A stretch of DNA of 63,916 nt, from positions 1 to 63,916 of the IMG/VR virus record IMGVR_UViG_3300044491_001200; one strand, written 5' to 3'. This DNA comes from a virus. Its lineage: Duplodnaviria > Caudoviricetes. The notes beneath the pieces are model-generated. The model worked only from the letters and a program-made list of their open reading frames with translations. It was not told where the DNA came from and searched no databases. Made by a program: the position numbers and the translations under genes. This document shows, one piece after another, positions 48,491-57,797 of the stretch (position 1 is the stretch's first letter; each line of letters begins with the position of its first letter).

Positions 48491-48955
48491 ATGAGTATAG
48501 AACGATTGGTAGTAACAGAAGCAGATCTTAAGAACATGCTACATAGCATTGTTAGAGATATGCACACAGAAAACTACAAACCAGAAATAATAATAGGTCC
48601 TAACAGAGGCGGATTACAAATAGGTGTAATGTTAAGTCATTATTTTGATGTACCATTTGTACCATTACAGTGGCAAACACGTGATGGTGACAAAACAGAT
48701 CATGCAAATCTTATTGCATTTGTAAACGATTACAGAGAGAAGAACATATTGCTCATCGATGATATCAATGACACTGGTAAAACATTAAACAGCATAACTG
48801 AAACTATATATCAAGACTTTGTTTTTGATCTTAAGGTTGCTGTATTGTTTAATAAAACTACATCAACATTTGAGACTGTTGACTATTCAGCAGAAGAACT
48901 AACTCCGGACTACAATCCTTGGATAGTATTCCCTTACGAGGAGTGGTGGAAATGA
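48491..48955 (+). CDS. purine phosphoribosyltransferase (Gpt-like)
   Basis: RGG, LLIDDINDTGKT PRPP loop, WIVFPYE. Confidence 0.9.
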   Translation: MSIERLVVTEADLKNMLHSIVRDMHTENYKPEIIIGPNRGGLQIGVMLSHYFDVPFVPLQWQTRDGDKTDHANLIAFVNDYREKNILLIDDINDTGKTLNSITETIYQDFVFDLKVAVLFNKTTSTFETVDYSAEELTPDYNPWIVFPYEEWWK

Positions 48956-49182
48956 AAGAAGCACATATTAGATCAGTAAGTAGAAGTAACCCTTCTAAAG
49001 GACAGTTTACATCAATGTTTGTTGTTGACTTGTTTAAGAATAAAGATAAGATAGGTGTTATTGAACTTCCTGGCAAGAGTAAATACTATGCTGAAGACGT
49101 TGTTGAGAATTGGCAGACCGGAATATTAGGAGAAGACAATGAGCACATCAAAAAGTTTGAGGAATCACCTCAAGGTTCTTGA
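48952..49182 (+). CDS. hypothetical protein
   Basis: Coupled ATGA start. Confidence 0.6.
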   Translation: MKEAHIRSVSRSNPSKGQFTSMFVVDLFKNKDKIGVIELPGKSKYYAEDVVENWQTGILGEDNEHIKKFEESPQGS

Positions 49183-49342
49183 GGAAAGACATAGAGAACT
49201 CGACAAGAAAGTTGCCGAGGACTACGAGCATTATCTAAATGATGATCAGTTAAATGCTGAAAAGTTAGAAAAACTCAAATTAAAGCATGAGATAGCAGAT
49301 TTAATAGAACAAATAAAAGATAAGGAACAAGACGAGAAATGA
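49139..49342 (+). CDS. DUF465-like coiled-coil protein
   Basis: LEERHRELD...KLEKLKLKHEI. Confidence 0.65.
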   Translation: MSTSKSLRNHLKVLEERHRELDKKVAEDYEHYLNDDQLNAEKLEKLKLKHEIADLIEQIKDKEQDEK

Positions 49343-50028
49343 GTACAAGTAATAAGATCAAGGATAGATTAGTTGCCGCTGGTAAAAGATTTTGGGCAGG
49401 AGATAATATCTCTGACTACATAGAAGAAGGTGAGAAGCAACAACTAATAGACGAACTTTCAATTAAGTTTGAAGATGTCTTGCAAGGTCTTGTTATTGAT
49501 ACTGAGAACGATCCTAACAGTAACGGCACAGGCAAACGTCTTGCTAAGATGTATATCAATGAACTAATGGCAGGTAGGTATGAATCTATACCAGTTGCAA
49601 CTGCTTTCCCTAATGACAGTGAAGATAGATATGAAGGCATGTTGGTTGTGCGTAGCGAACTAACAAGTATGTGTTCACACCATCATCAGATAGTTAGAGG
49701 TGTAGCATACATTGGTATTATTGCTAGTGACAAACTAATTGGCCTAAGCAAGTACACAAGGATTGCACAATGGTGTGCAATGAGAGGTACACTACAAGAA
49801 GAACTTGCTAACGATATAGTTAGAGAAATACAGAAAGCCACAGGTGCAGAGCATTTGGGTGTGTATGTACAAGCAACACACGGTTGCGTAGAGAATAGAG
49901 GTGTTAAGGCACATAGTAGTCTTACACAAACAACTGTATTAAAGGGTGCATTTAAAGATGACCCAGGTACAAAGAAAGAGTTTATGGATAACATAAAGTT
50001 ACAACAATCATATGCGGGTGACAAGTAA
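49339..50028 (+). CDS. folE: GTP cyclohydrolase I
   Basis: SMCSHH, GLSKYTR, LQEEL, HGCVENRG. Confidence 0.95.
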   Translation: MSTSNKIKDRLVAAGKRFWAGDNISDYIEEGEKQQLIDELSIKFEDVLQGLVIDTENDPNSNGTGKRLAKMYINELMAGRYESIPVATAFPNDSEDRYEGMLVVRSELTSMCSHHHQIVRGVAYIGIIASDKLIGLSKYTRIAQWCAMRGTLQEELANDIVREIQKATGAEHLGVYVQATHGCVENRGVKAHSSLTQTTVLKGAFKDDPGTKKEFMDNIKLQQSYAGDK

Positions 50029-50556
50029 GTGATATTAAAAAGAAACAAAGCATGGGTATTACAAAAAGGATTAGTTCCTATTGATGCTGTATGCGATATG
50101 GTTGCAATGGGTAAGGATCTGCAAGATATCTTGCGTAGATTTTCTGTACTTAACAACAACGATATATTCGAATGTATAGAATTTTATGCACAAAATACTA
50201 TCGTTCCTGACCATGATCCAGAGTCTTTAATATCATTGGTAAATACTGATCCAGAAGAAATTATTATTGAGGTAACAAATATAAATCAAACTGTATACTT
50301 GAAGTTAGTTGAACTGGGTAAAAGATATCACCCTGAGCAACAAGACTTCCATGTGTGTATGAATTTAGGTTTAAAGGTTGTATGTTTACATAACGTACAA
50401 AAGATTGAAAGTAACGCAAGTGAAATGCAAGATAGGCTACATAAAGCAGTACATCAAGCAATTCATAGATCAGTCCCAGAAGTATATGAGGACTTAGATA
50501 GAACAAAAGAAGATCTCGATTACGACGACTTCATTAAAAGAGAAAAGAATATATGA
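50029..50556 (+). CDS. hypothetical protein with DUF433-like N terminus
   Basis: VPIDAV...G...DILRRF..L...DIFECIEFY. Confidence 0.5.
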   Translation: MILKRNKAWVLQKGLVPIDAVCDMVAMGKDLQDILRRFSVLNNNDIFECIEFYAQNTIVPDHDPESLISLVNTDPEEIIIEVTNINQTVYLKLVELGKRYHPEQQDFHVCMNLGLKVVCLHNVQKIESNASEMQDRLHKAVHQAIHRSVPEVYEDLDRTKEDLDYDDFIKREKNI

Positions 50557-51437
50557 AACTAAGGTATAGTGAAGCATTTTATTCAGTGCAAGGAGAAGGT
50601 AGGTTTGTTGGCGTACCAAGTATTTTCCTTAGAACTTTCGGATGTAATTTCGAATGTGCAGGTTTTGGTCAGCCCAAAGGCAACTTGATTCCTGTAACTG
50701 AAATGCCATATAATACCGATCCTTTAGCGGATAAAGAACATCCTAATGCTTATAAGAGAATTGAAGAACTTCCAGTCACTCCAGTAGGATGTGATTCTAG
50801 TGCTAGTTGGAGCAAGAAGTATAAACACTTACAGATGACTAAATCTGTTGATGAGGTGATTGATCACATCACTAGTTTACTTCCCAACAGCACATTCACC
50901 GGCCAACACGGTGAAGACATACACCTGGTGATCACAGGTGGTGAACCGCTACTAGGGTGGCAACGTGTTTGGCCGACTCTTTTAGACGAGTGTGTGAAAC
51001 GTGGGTTAAAGAATGTAACATTCGAAACTAACGGAACACAACTTGTTAAGAGCGATCTTATATCGTACTTTAACCTAACACAACCTAATCTACATGTAAC
51101 TTGGAGTACAAGTCCTAAGTTATCTATCAGTGGTGAGACTACTGAAGATGCATGTAAGCCAGACGCATTGGCTACTATGAACCATGTAGATAATAGTTTC
51201 TTATACACAAAGTTTGTTGTACGTGATGCAGAAGACTTTAATGAAGTTGATATGTTTGTACAAAATTATAAAGATAACGACATAGAACTTGACAGCATAT
51301 TCTGTATGCCCGAAGGTGCTACATTAGAACAACAATCACTAACAGAAAAAGAAGTTGCAGAAACTTGTTTGCAAACAGGATATAAGTTTAGTCCTAGATT
51401 GCATATTAGTTTGTTTGGTAACGCATGGGGTACATAA
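50553..51437 (+). CDS. queE: 7-carboxy-7-deazaguanine synthase (radical SAM)
   Basis: EAFYSVQGEG, FLRTFGCNFEC...CDS, ITGGEP, FETNG, SPKL, PRLH. Confidence 0.92.
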   Translation: MKLRYSEAFYSVQGEGRFVGVPSIFLRTFGCNFECAGFGQPKGNLIPVTEMPYNTDPLADKEHPNAYKRIEELPVTPVGCDSSASWSKKYKHLQMTKSVDEVIDHITSLLPNSTFTGQHGEDIHLVITGGEPLLGWQRVWPTLLDECVKRGLKNVTFETNGTQLVKSDLISYFNLTQPNLHVTWSTSPKLSISGETTEDACKPDALATMNHVDNSFLYTKFVVRDAEDFNEVDMFVQNYKDNDIELDSIFCMPEGATLEQQSLTEKEVAETCLQTGYKFSPRLHISLFGNAWGT

Positions 51438-51892
51438 TGCAAGAGCTTTGGCATAAACATATTTGGAAGATTACATTTATTATTTGTTTGCCATTGTTAT
51501 CTGCATGGGCATTTGCAGATGAGATTGTAGGCTACACTGAACATGGTACGCCTGTTTATGAAAGCGAACTGCAAACAAAACCTACCGAAGTAACCAAACG
51601 TATAAAGATACCTGCACACCGCATTAGAAGTTATGAGAGTGTAGACTTTAGCACAATTATTGTACATGCTAGAACAAAGGGCATAGATAAAAGTTATGAA
51701 CTAAAAACAGCAGGATGTTTTGATATAGACTGGGCACATCAAATATCATTTGATTCATTTAGTTCAATGTATATTAGAGTTGGAGATAAAATTAGATATC
51801 AAACACTAACTCCTAGTTGGAGATACTCTGGAAACTATTGTGTAATAACAAAGATTACAGAAGTCAACATTGAGGACGATGATGTTCGTTAA
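51437..51892 (+). CDS. hypothetical exported protein
   Basis: Signal-like N terminus ending AWAFA; two mature Cys. Confidence 0.6.
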   Translation: MQELWHKHIWKITFIICLPLLSAWAFADEIVGYTEHGTPVYESELQTKPTEVTKRIKIPAHRIRSYESVDFSTIIVHARTKGIDKSYELKTAGCFDIDWAHQISFDSFSSMYIRVGDKIRYQTLTPSWRYSGNYCVITKITEVNIEDDDVR

Positions 51893-52055
51893 GGCTTGTA
51901 GTGAATGTGAAAAGTTTGTAACAGGTAATCCTGTTTATCACACACCAAACTATGAGCATGTATTTTGCGATGCATATTGTAGTAACGCATGGTATAGCAA
52001 AACATTTGTAAAGATGGATGCTAAGAAAGACCAAACGGAGAATAATAATGATTGA
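51879..52055 (+). CDS. small zinc-finger protein
   Basis: CSEC...FCDAYC. Confidence 0.6.
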   Translation: MMFVKACSECEKFVTGNPVYHTPNYEHVFCDAYCSNAWYSKTFVKMDAKKDQTENNND

Positions 52056-52224
52056 TGGAGTAGTATTGATGGCAATAATAGTGCCAGTAATAATAACTTT
52101 ATTTGTGTTTATGGTGCAACTTATAAATGGTAATGTTGGATCGAAAGGTATAACACAACCTTATAAAACAAAGAGCGGTAAGACACATACTGCTAAAAAA
52201 GAAAGAAGTGAGTATATAGTATGA
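52048..52224 (+). CDS. small membrane protein
   Basis: GGAG RBS, one TM segment, basic tail. Confidence 0.6.
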   Translation: MIDGVVLMAIIVPVIITLFVFMVQLINGNVGSKGITQPYKTKSGKTHTAKKERSEYIV

Positions 52225-52736
52225 GTAAGAAAACAAAATTACCTTTTAGTATGATGCCTGCTAGTTGGGGTCTGAAAGGAAAGGCACGAGCAAGAGCAGA
52301 AGCAGAATACTATTACGAAGGTGTAGAACTAGAAAAACAATTAGCATTTATTGATTGTGATACTGATCACGATAAAAGTATTGCTGAACTTGATGTTGAA
52401 CTTAAAGAAGGTGTAATAGATGAGCAACAATATGATAAGAAAGTTGCAACTATTAGGAAAGAACCTTGGGTTGAAGTTAAAAAGTTAGAAGTAAATCCAG
52501 AAAATGCTAAAGCAGGATACATGGAACTAGATTGGAACGACGAGTTTGTTGCAATGCTACAAGGGAATGGATACACTGGTGAGAGTGATGAGAGTGTAGT
52601 AAACAAATGGTTCAATGATGTATGTAGAACTGTTTTATTGCAGGAAATAGAAGACCAAGACTATGGATTACAACCACAAGGTGATGTAATTAAAGTTACA
52701 AACCCTAATGTAACAATAGAGGGACCAAATGACTGA
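52221..52736 (+). CDS. hypothetical phage protein
   Basis: EPWV...ELDWNDEFV..L...GY pattern. Confidence 0.75.
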   Translation: MSKKTKLPFSMMPASWGLKGKARARAEAEYYYEGVELEKQLAFIDCDTDHDKSIAELDVELKEGVIDEQQYDKKVATIRKEPWVEVKKLEVNPENAKAGYMELDWNDEFVAMLQGNGYTGESDESVVNKWFNDVCRTVLLQEIEDQDYGLQPQGDVIKVTNPNVTIEGPND

Positions 52737-52995
52737 AGATAATAACCCAAATAAACTTGCTAAACAGAAGTTAGCAACATTAGTAAACACTTATATTGCT
52801 CCTCAAATAGCAAGTTTTGTTAAAAAACTAAGTGATGTTGAGCTTGTAGAACTACTTAAAAGTTTTAAGACCATGAATATTGATCTAATAAATGACTTGA
52901 CAAAAGAGGCAAAAGAGCGTAAAATAATGAGTGATAGTTGGGAAGAAGAAAGTCCCTTTGATAAACTTATAGAAGGTGGAATAGCAGACAAATGA
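52729..52995 (+). CDS. hypothetical protein
   Basis: 88 aa coupled ORF. Confidence 0.65.
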   Translation: MTEDNNPNKLAKQKLATLVNTYIAPQIASFVKKLSDVELVELLKSFKTMNIDLINDLTKEAKERKIMSDSWEEESPFDKLIEGGIADK

Positions 52996-53984
52996 ATTAT
53001 TTACTTGTAGATGGATTAAACATGTTCATGAGAGCCAAGCACGTTGGTGGCAGAGGCAATGACATAGATACTAAGATTGGTATGGCAATGCATATCATGT
53101 TTAACAGCATCAACAAGTGTTGGAGAGAGTTTGACGGCGACCATGTTGTATTGTGTTTAGAAGGACGTTCATGGCGTAAAGACTTTTACGAGCCTTACAA
53201 GAAGAATAGAAAAGTAATTGCTGATCAACGTAGTGTCAGAGAACAAGAAGATGATGAACTATACTTTGAAGCATATGATGATATGGTACAGTTCTTTTCT
53301 AACAAAACTAATTGTACTGTATTGAGATGTGAACAAGCAGAAGCAGATGATATGATTGCTATTTGGACACAACAACATCCTAACGATAACCATTATATTA
53401 TTAGTACAGATAGTGACTTCTATCAGTTACTAGCACCTAATGTAACGCAGTATAACGGCACAACGGATCAAGTAGTTACATTAGAAGGTTGGAAAGATTT
53501 AAAGACTGGAGATACTGTTATAGATAAGAAGACAGGCGAACCTAAGAAGCCAATCGATCCCAAGTTTATATTGTTTGAAAAGTGTGTTAGAGGCGATAGT
53601 TCAGACAATGTGTTTAGTTCCTACCCAGGTGCTAGACTTAAAGGCACTAAAAACAAAACAGGTATCACAGAAGCATTTGAAGATCAAGATGCTGGTGGAT
53701 ACAATTATAATAACTTTATGTTACAACGTTGGGTTGATCATGAAGAAGTAGAGCACAGAGTTAGAGATGACTTTGAGCGTAATAAGATTCTAATTGATCT
53801 CACAGAACAACCAGATGAGATTAAAGAGCTCTGCATAGAGCGAATGAATGAACAGAAGAAGAGTGAAGTTGTACCACAAGTAGGTATACACTTTATGAAG
53901 TTCTGTGCTAAATGGAACCTACAACGTATGAGCGAGGCGGCTCAAACATACGCACCTATGTTAAATGGGAAGTGGGATGAGTAA
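52992..53984 (+). CDS. rnh: 5'-3' exonuclease / T4 RNase H-like flap nuclease
   Basis: LVDGLN, SWRK, YKKNR, EADD, STDSDF, GDSSDN. Confidence 0.92.
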   Translation: MNYLLVDGLNMFMRAKHVGGRGNDIDTKIGMAMHIMFNSINKCWREFDGDHVVLCLEGRSWRKDFYEPYKKNRKVIADQRSVREQEDDELYFEAYDDMVQFFSNKTNCTVLRCEQAEADDMIAIWTQQHPNDNHYIISTDSDFYQLLAPNVTQYNGTTDQVVTLEGWKDLKTGDTVIDKKTGEPKKPIDPKFILFEKCVRGDSSDNVFSSYPGARLKGTKNKTGITEAFEDQDAGGYNYNNFMLQRWVDHEEVEHRVRDDFERNKILIDLTEQPDEIKELCIERMNEQKKSEVVPQVGIHFMKFCAKWNLQRMSEAAQTYAPMLNGKWDE

Positions 53985-54141
53985 ACTAAACGAGGACATA
54001 GACACTATGATTGAGGAAATCAAACAACCAAAGGCTACTAAAAAGTATATTTACGAGTCGCCTGATAAAGGTAAAACTGTCTACAGACGAGAGTTTGGGT
54101 CAGATGTCCGTGAACTTGTTGAGGAGAAAACAAATGATTAA
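53977..54141 (+). CDS. small hypothetical protein (54 aa, not in ORF track)
   Basis: YIYESPDKGKTVYRR; overlaps both neighbours. Confidence 0.6.
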   Translation: MSKLNEDIDTMIEEIKQPKATKKYIYESPDKGKTVYRREFGSDVRELVEEKTND

Positions 54142-54661
54142 ATTCAAAGAGCAGGTTAAACTGCAAAAGATAAGCGAAGATGCTTGGATAGTAAACGATG
54201 ATACAAAACGTGTAGGTATTCTACATAAGACTGTGCAGGATAAATTTACATACTTGGATAAAACTGAGACAGTAATTTTTGAAAACGACACAGAAGTAAA
54301 AGAATTCTTTAAGAACGAGTTTGTATTTGATGAAGGTACAGAGTTAGATGTAACTCAGCCAGCAACATTTTATATTAAAGGCTATCCAGTTGATTATCTA
54401 AATCCAATACCAGTAGATCCAAGTGATCCAGACTACCTAGAGCATATACCGTTGTTCTCTAAAACAGAAAACAGTAAGATTTATTATGCGGCAGGTTGGT
54501 ATGCTGTAAACTTCGAGAAGGGTTGGAAACATGCAAACTGTCCTAAACTTAACACGTTAGTTATGTATGGTTATGAAGGACCATTTAAGACTAATATGGA
54601 ACTTAAACAAAGACTAAAAGTTCTTAATAAGTTAAAGAGACAGGCTCAAAAACATGTCTAA
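54134..54661 (+). CDS. hypothetical phage protein
   Basis: GAGGAG RBS before 54134; YYAAGWY...CPKL...Y.YEGPFKT. Confidence 0.75.
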   Translation: MIKFKEQVKLQKISEDAWIVNDDTKRVGILHKTVQDKFTYLDKTETVIFENDTEVKEFFKNEFVFDEGTELDVTQPATFYIKGYPVDYLNPIPVDPSDPDYLEHIPLFSKTENSKIYYAAGWYAVNFEKGWKHANCPKLNTLVMYGYEGPFKTNMELKQRLKVLNKLKRQAQKHV

Positions 54662-54845
54662 TGACCTTAGTAATTTAGATAAATTTATACATAGGGTCAA
54701 TGCTTTGAGAGAAGCAAAGGTATCCGAAACATCATTTGATGTTGCATTCTTAGGCAAAGTTATTGATGAACTGCAACCTAGTAAGCAAGTTAAAGTTAAA
54801 GAAGATGTAAACATCACAATACGTGATGGAGGCAAATTTAAATAA
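54654..54845 (+). CDS. hypothetical protein
   Basis: 63 aa coupled ORF ending DGGKFK. Confidence 0.6.
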   Translation: MSNDLSNLDKFIHRVNALREAKVSETSFDVAFLGKVIDELQPSKQVKVKEDVNITIRDGGKFK

Positions 54846-55195
54846 TGGTTGAAATAGTTCCTAGGAAAATACGAGAAATGCTATCACGAGTAACAGGAAC
54901 TACACCACAAACATCTGGTATACATTTACATGAAGACAAAGACTGGAGAGACGGTTGCGGTTACAATGTAAGATGTAAATACGATGTTATATATGATAGC
55001 GGAAGATTTACAGGTAAAGATGAAGAGTGGGCTGATGTAGGCATTCCACATGGTATTCTTCACATGATAAATAATAAGTGCCCAGGTAACTTCGGATGGA
55101 GATTTGAAGTAGAAGGCACTACCAAATATGCAATTATATCGTTTGACGACAAGGAATATGCATTTTGGTTTAGACTTAAACACAGTAAACAATAA
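54845..55195 (+). CDS. hypothetical protein
   Basis: 116 aa coupled ORF. Confidence 0.65.
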   Translation: MVEIVPRKIREMLSRVTGTTPQTSGIHLHEDKDWRDGCGYNVRCKYDVIYDSGRFTGKDEEWADVGIPHGILHMINNKCPGNFGWRFEVEGTTKYAIISFDDKEYAFWFRLKHSKQ

Positions 55196-55203
55196 GGAGA
55201 CAC

Positions 55204-55434
55204 ATGAAAGTAGAAATATATAGCAAACCGGCATGTCCGTTTTGCGTTCAAGCAAAAAACTTAGCAGAACAAAAAGGTTATGATTTAACGTACAAGATGT
55301 TAGATGAGGACTTCAGTAGAGAACAATTATTCGAAGTGTTCCCAACAGCAAGAACATTCCCACAAATTATAGTAGACGGCGAGAAAATCGGCGGCTTTAC
55401 TGAATTTAAAGCACTAGTAGACAAAAGTATGTAA
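55204..55434 (+). CDS. glutaredoxin
   Basis: CPFC, TFPQI, IGGF. Confidence 0.95.
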   Translation: MKVEIYSKPACPFCVQAKNLAEQKGYDLTYKMLDEDFSREQLFEVFPTARTFPQIIVDGEKIGGFTEFKALVDKSM

Positions 55435-55438
55435 TGCC

Positions 55439-55867
55439 TTGAAAACAGACTACAAAATATTAAATCAGATGGAAACAGAAAAAATAGAAGAAAAACTCAG
55501 TTCTGAAGTTAGAGAAGAGTTTGCCAACAGTACAATGACTAAAACTGGCCGACTTGCTATGGAACTTGCCGCTGAACGATCTCGTCTTAGACAAGAGATG
55601 GAAGAATTACAGGTTCAGGTTGAAGACTTAAAGCCAGCAACTCCAACAGGAACTGTTGACAGTTATGTTAAATGGGTTGCAACTATACTCGGTGTAGTTG
55701 GCGTGTTTATAATGAGTGCAGGATTTAGTACACTAGGACAAGTATGCTATGCACTAGCGGCATGTTGTTGGATCTATGTAGGGCATTGTTGGAATGACAA
55801 AGCAATTATGATAGGTAGTGCTATCTCAGGAACAGCAGTTTTAATGAACTTAGTAGAGATACTATAG
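55439..55867 (+). CDS. membrane protein with N-terminal coiled coil
   Basis: Three C-terminal hydrophobic helices; start may be 55469. Confidence 0.65.
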   Translation: MKTDYKILNQMETEKIEEKLSSEVREEFANSTMTKTGRLAMELAAERSRLRQEMEELQVQVEDLKPATPTGTVDSYVKWVATILGVVGVFIMSAGFSTLGQVCYALAACCWIYVGHCWNDKAIMIGSAISGTAVLMNLVEIL

Positions 55868-55869
55868 AA

Positions 55870-56487
55870 ATGCCTAGACTAGAATTTGATTTCGATCAAA
55901 GATTTATACAAGAATACTTTGCAGATTTACCTATAGGCAGAGCACTCATAATTGGTGCTAACGAAGGATTCAATAATCCATCTTACAGTTTAATAGAAAA
56001 GGGTTGGAGAGCAGTATGTTGTGAGCCTAACCCTTTTGCCCTAAGCAGATTCTTAACTAATCAAAACAAATATCTAGAGCAAATTACATTTGTAAATTGT
56101 GCAATCACACCTACACCAGGTAAACTAACACCTTTTTATCTAGCAGAAAGACATGCAATGTCAAGCCTACATAATAATTGGTTGGACTTACAAGTAGAAA
56201 GAGGTGTATGTCCAGAAGATCAAGCAATTCAACAAGAGATACTGACACACACGTTAAGTTTCCAAGAACTACTTGATAAGGTAGGTGTTGACTTTGATTT
56301 AGTAGTAATTGATGCAGAGGGTGTTGATCCTGAGTTATTAGGTGCTATAGATTGGAGTCAATTATCTAAATGCAGTATGATATGTGTAGAAGATATTGGG
56401 TCAGGTGCTAAGTGGATAGAAGATGTAGGGTTTAAACTCTACCATAAATCACCAAGTAATTACTTCTACAACAGAGTTTTAGACTAA
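55870..56487 (+). CDS. FkbM-family methyltransferase
   Basis: IGANEG, CEPNP, NCAI, IDAEG. Confidence 0.85.
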   Translation: MPRLEFDFDQRFIQEYFADLPIGRALIIGANEGFNNPSYSLIEKGWRAVCCEPNPFALSRFLTNQNKYLEQITFVNCAITPTPGKLTPFYLAERHAMSSLHNNWLDLQVERGVCPEDQAIQQEILTHTLSFQELLDKVGVDFDLVVIDAEGVDPELLGAIDWSQLSKCSMICVEDIGSGAKWIEDVGFKLYHKSPSNYFYNRVLD

Positions 56488-56543
56488 TTAAAACATGTTT
56501 TTATCAGTTTTTTTGATAAATAAATGTATAGGAGACTATACAC

Positions 56544-56855
56544 ATGAGCAGACCAAAACCGACAATATTGCTAGAAGCAGTACATAAGGACACATACAAG
56601 GCAGAGCAGATCCTTAAGGCTGAAGCAATTTATAGTGTCTTTTATAAAAGCAATCCTATAAACTTTAGAACTTTAAACAAACTTATCAGTTACCCAGGTC
56701 CTAAGTATAAGAAAGTATCTTTTAGTAATAGCGGACATGCATTTAACCTAGCAGATAAACTTAATAAAACTTTCCAAACAGATGAGTTTACAGTGGTAAA
56801 ACTTACTCAAGGAGAAGTAATAAATGAGGAAGATCTCACTTCACCGAACGAGTAA
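56544..56855 (+). CDS. hypothetical phage protein
   Basis: MSRPKP..., PGPKYKKVSFSNSGHA; AGGAG RBS. Confidence 0.75.
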   Translation: MSRPKPTILLEAVHKDTYKAEQILKAEAIYSVFYKSNPINFRTLNKLISYPGPKYKKVSFSNSGHAFNLADKLNKTFQTDEFTVVKLTQGEVINEEDLTSPNE

Positions 56856-57423
56856 ACAGTTACTTAACTCTACTCCATATTCCATTGACGACGAAACACT
56901 TTATGTTTTTAAAGACATCTTTGACAACGAAATATTGAGAGCCTTACATAGTTTTAAAGTAAATAATCAATCTAAACTCGTTCCACAACAAGAAGACAAA
57001 CAAAGAATAGGATGGAACTGTAGTGAAGATATGCCCGGCTGTCCTTTTGATGAAGGAGACTTTGCAGTAATATTAGAAACCATAAACGATCTATGCAATG
57101 CTAATTTTACACATACAAGTTTAGCATTATGGGAAGACACAGACGGTTATAAGATAGATAAACATGTAGATAACAAAAGTTTTACAGCGGCTATGCAAAT
57201 ATTTCTACCTACATATGGTGAAGCAATGGCAATACAAGACAGCGAACCTTTGCGTAATACAGGCACACAATTTTATAACAACAATCCGGAAGGCATGATT
57301 CAAGTACCTTTCATACCTAATACAGGATACTTCATAACAAACTCTCAAAAAGTATTTCATAGTAGTGGAGAACCAGTACCACAAGGATTTATTAGATCCA
57401 GTGCGTATTTTATATTCAAATGA
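56824..57423 (+). CDS. 2OG-Fe(II) oxygenase-like protein
   Basis: HVD, QIFL, GTQF, PFIPNTGY, FHS, R. Confidence 0.75.
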   Translation: MRKISLHRTSKQLLNSTPYSIDDETLYVFKDIFDNEILRALHSFKVNNQSKLVPQQEDKQRIGWNCSEDMPGCPFDEGDFAVILETINDLCNANFTHTSLALWEDTDGYKIDKHVDNKSFTAAMQIFLPTYGEAMAIQDSEPLRNTGTQFYNNNPEGMIQVPFIPNTGYFITNSQKVFHSSGEPVPQGFIRSSAYFIFK

Positions 57424-57782
57424 TAGAGCAAACACTACAATGGCAATTAGCAAACAAACTCCAAAAACTATATGATACTCTAGAGAAGTACGAAGTAGCA
57501 GAAGTTTGCTATATGATATTTAAAAACTTTGCATACAATCAGAACAAAGTAAGTGGTTTACGTTTAACCAAACTAGGCTACAATTTATTAAAGCCACATT
57601 ACGACTCACATGATTTCACAGCAGATGAGGGAATACACAAGAAACTATTACTGGTTTTACACAAACAAATGAAATGGCCTTACTATTTAGATAAAAAGAA
57701 ATTAGTACTGTTTAACGACGATGATGCCATGTGGTTAAAGATGACTGGCTCTGTCGAAAAATTTGCAAAAGGCTTAGAATAG
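57420..57782 (+). CDS. hypothetical phage protein
   Basis: GLRLT..G...PYY pattern. Confidence 0.7.
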   Translation: MIEQTLQWQLANKLQKLYDTLEKYEVAEVCYMIFKNFAYNQNKVSGLRLTKLGYNLLKPHYDSHDFTADEGIHKKLLLVLHKQMKWPYYLDKKKLVLFNDDDAMWLKMTGSVEKFAKGLE

Positions 57783-57797
57783 GGTATAAATATAACA

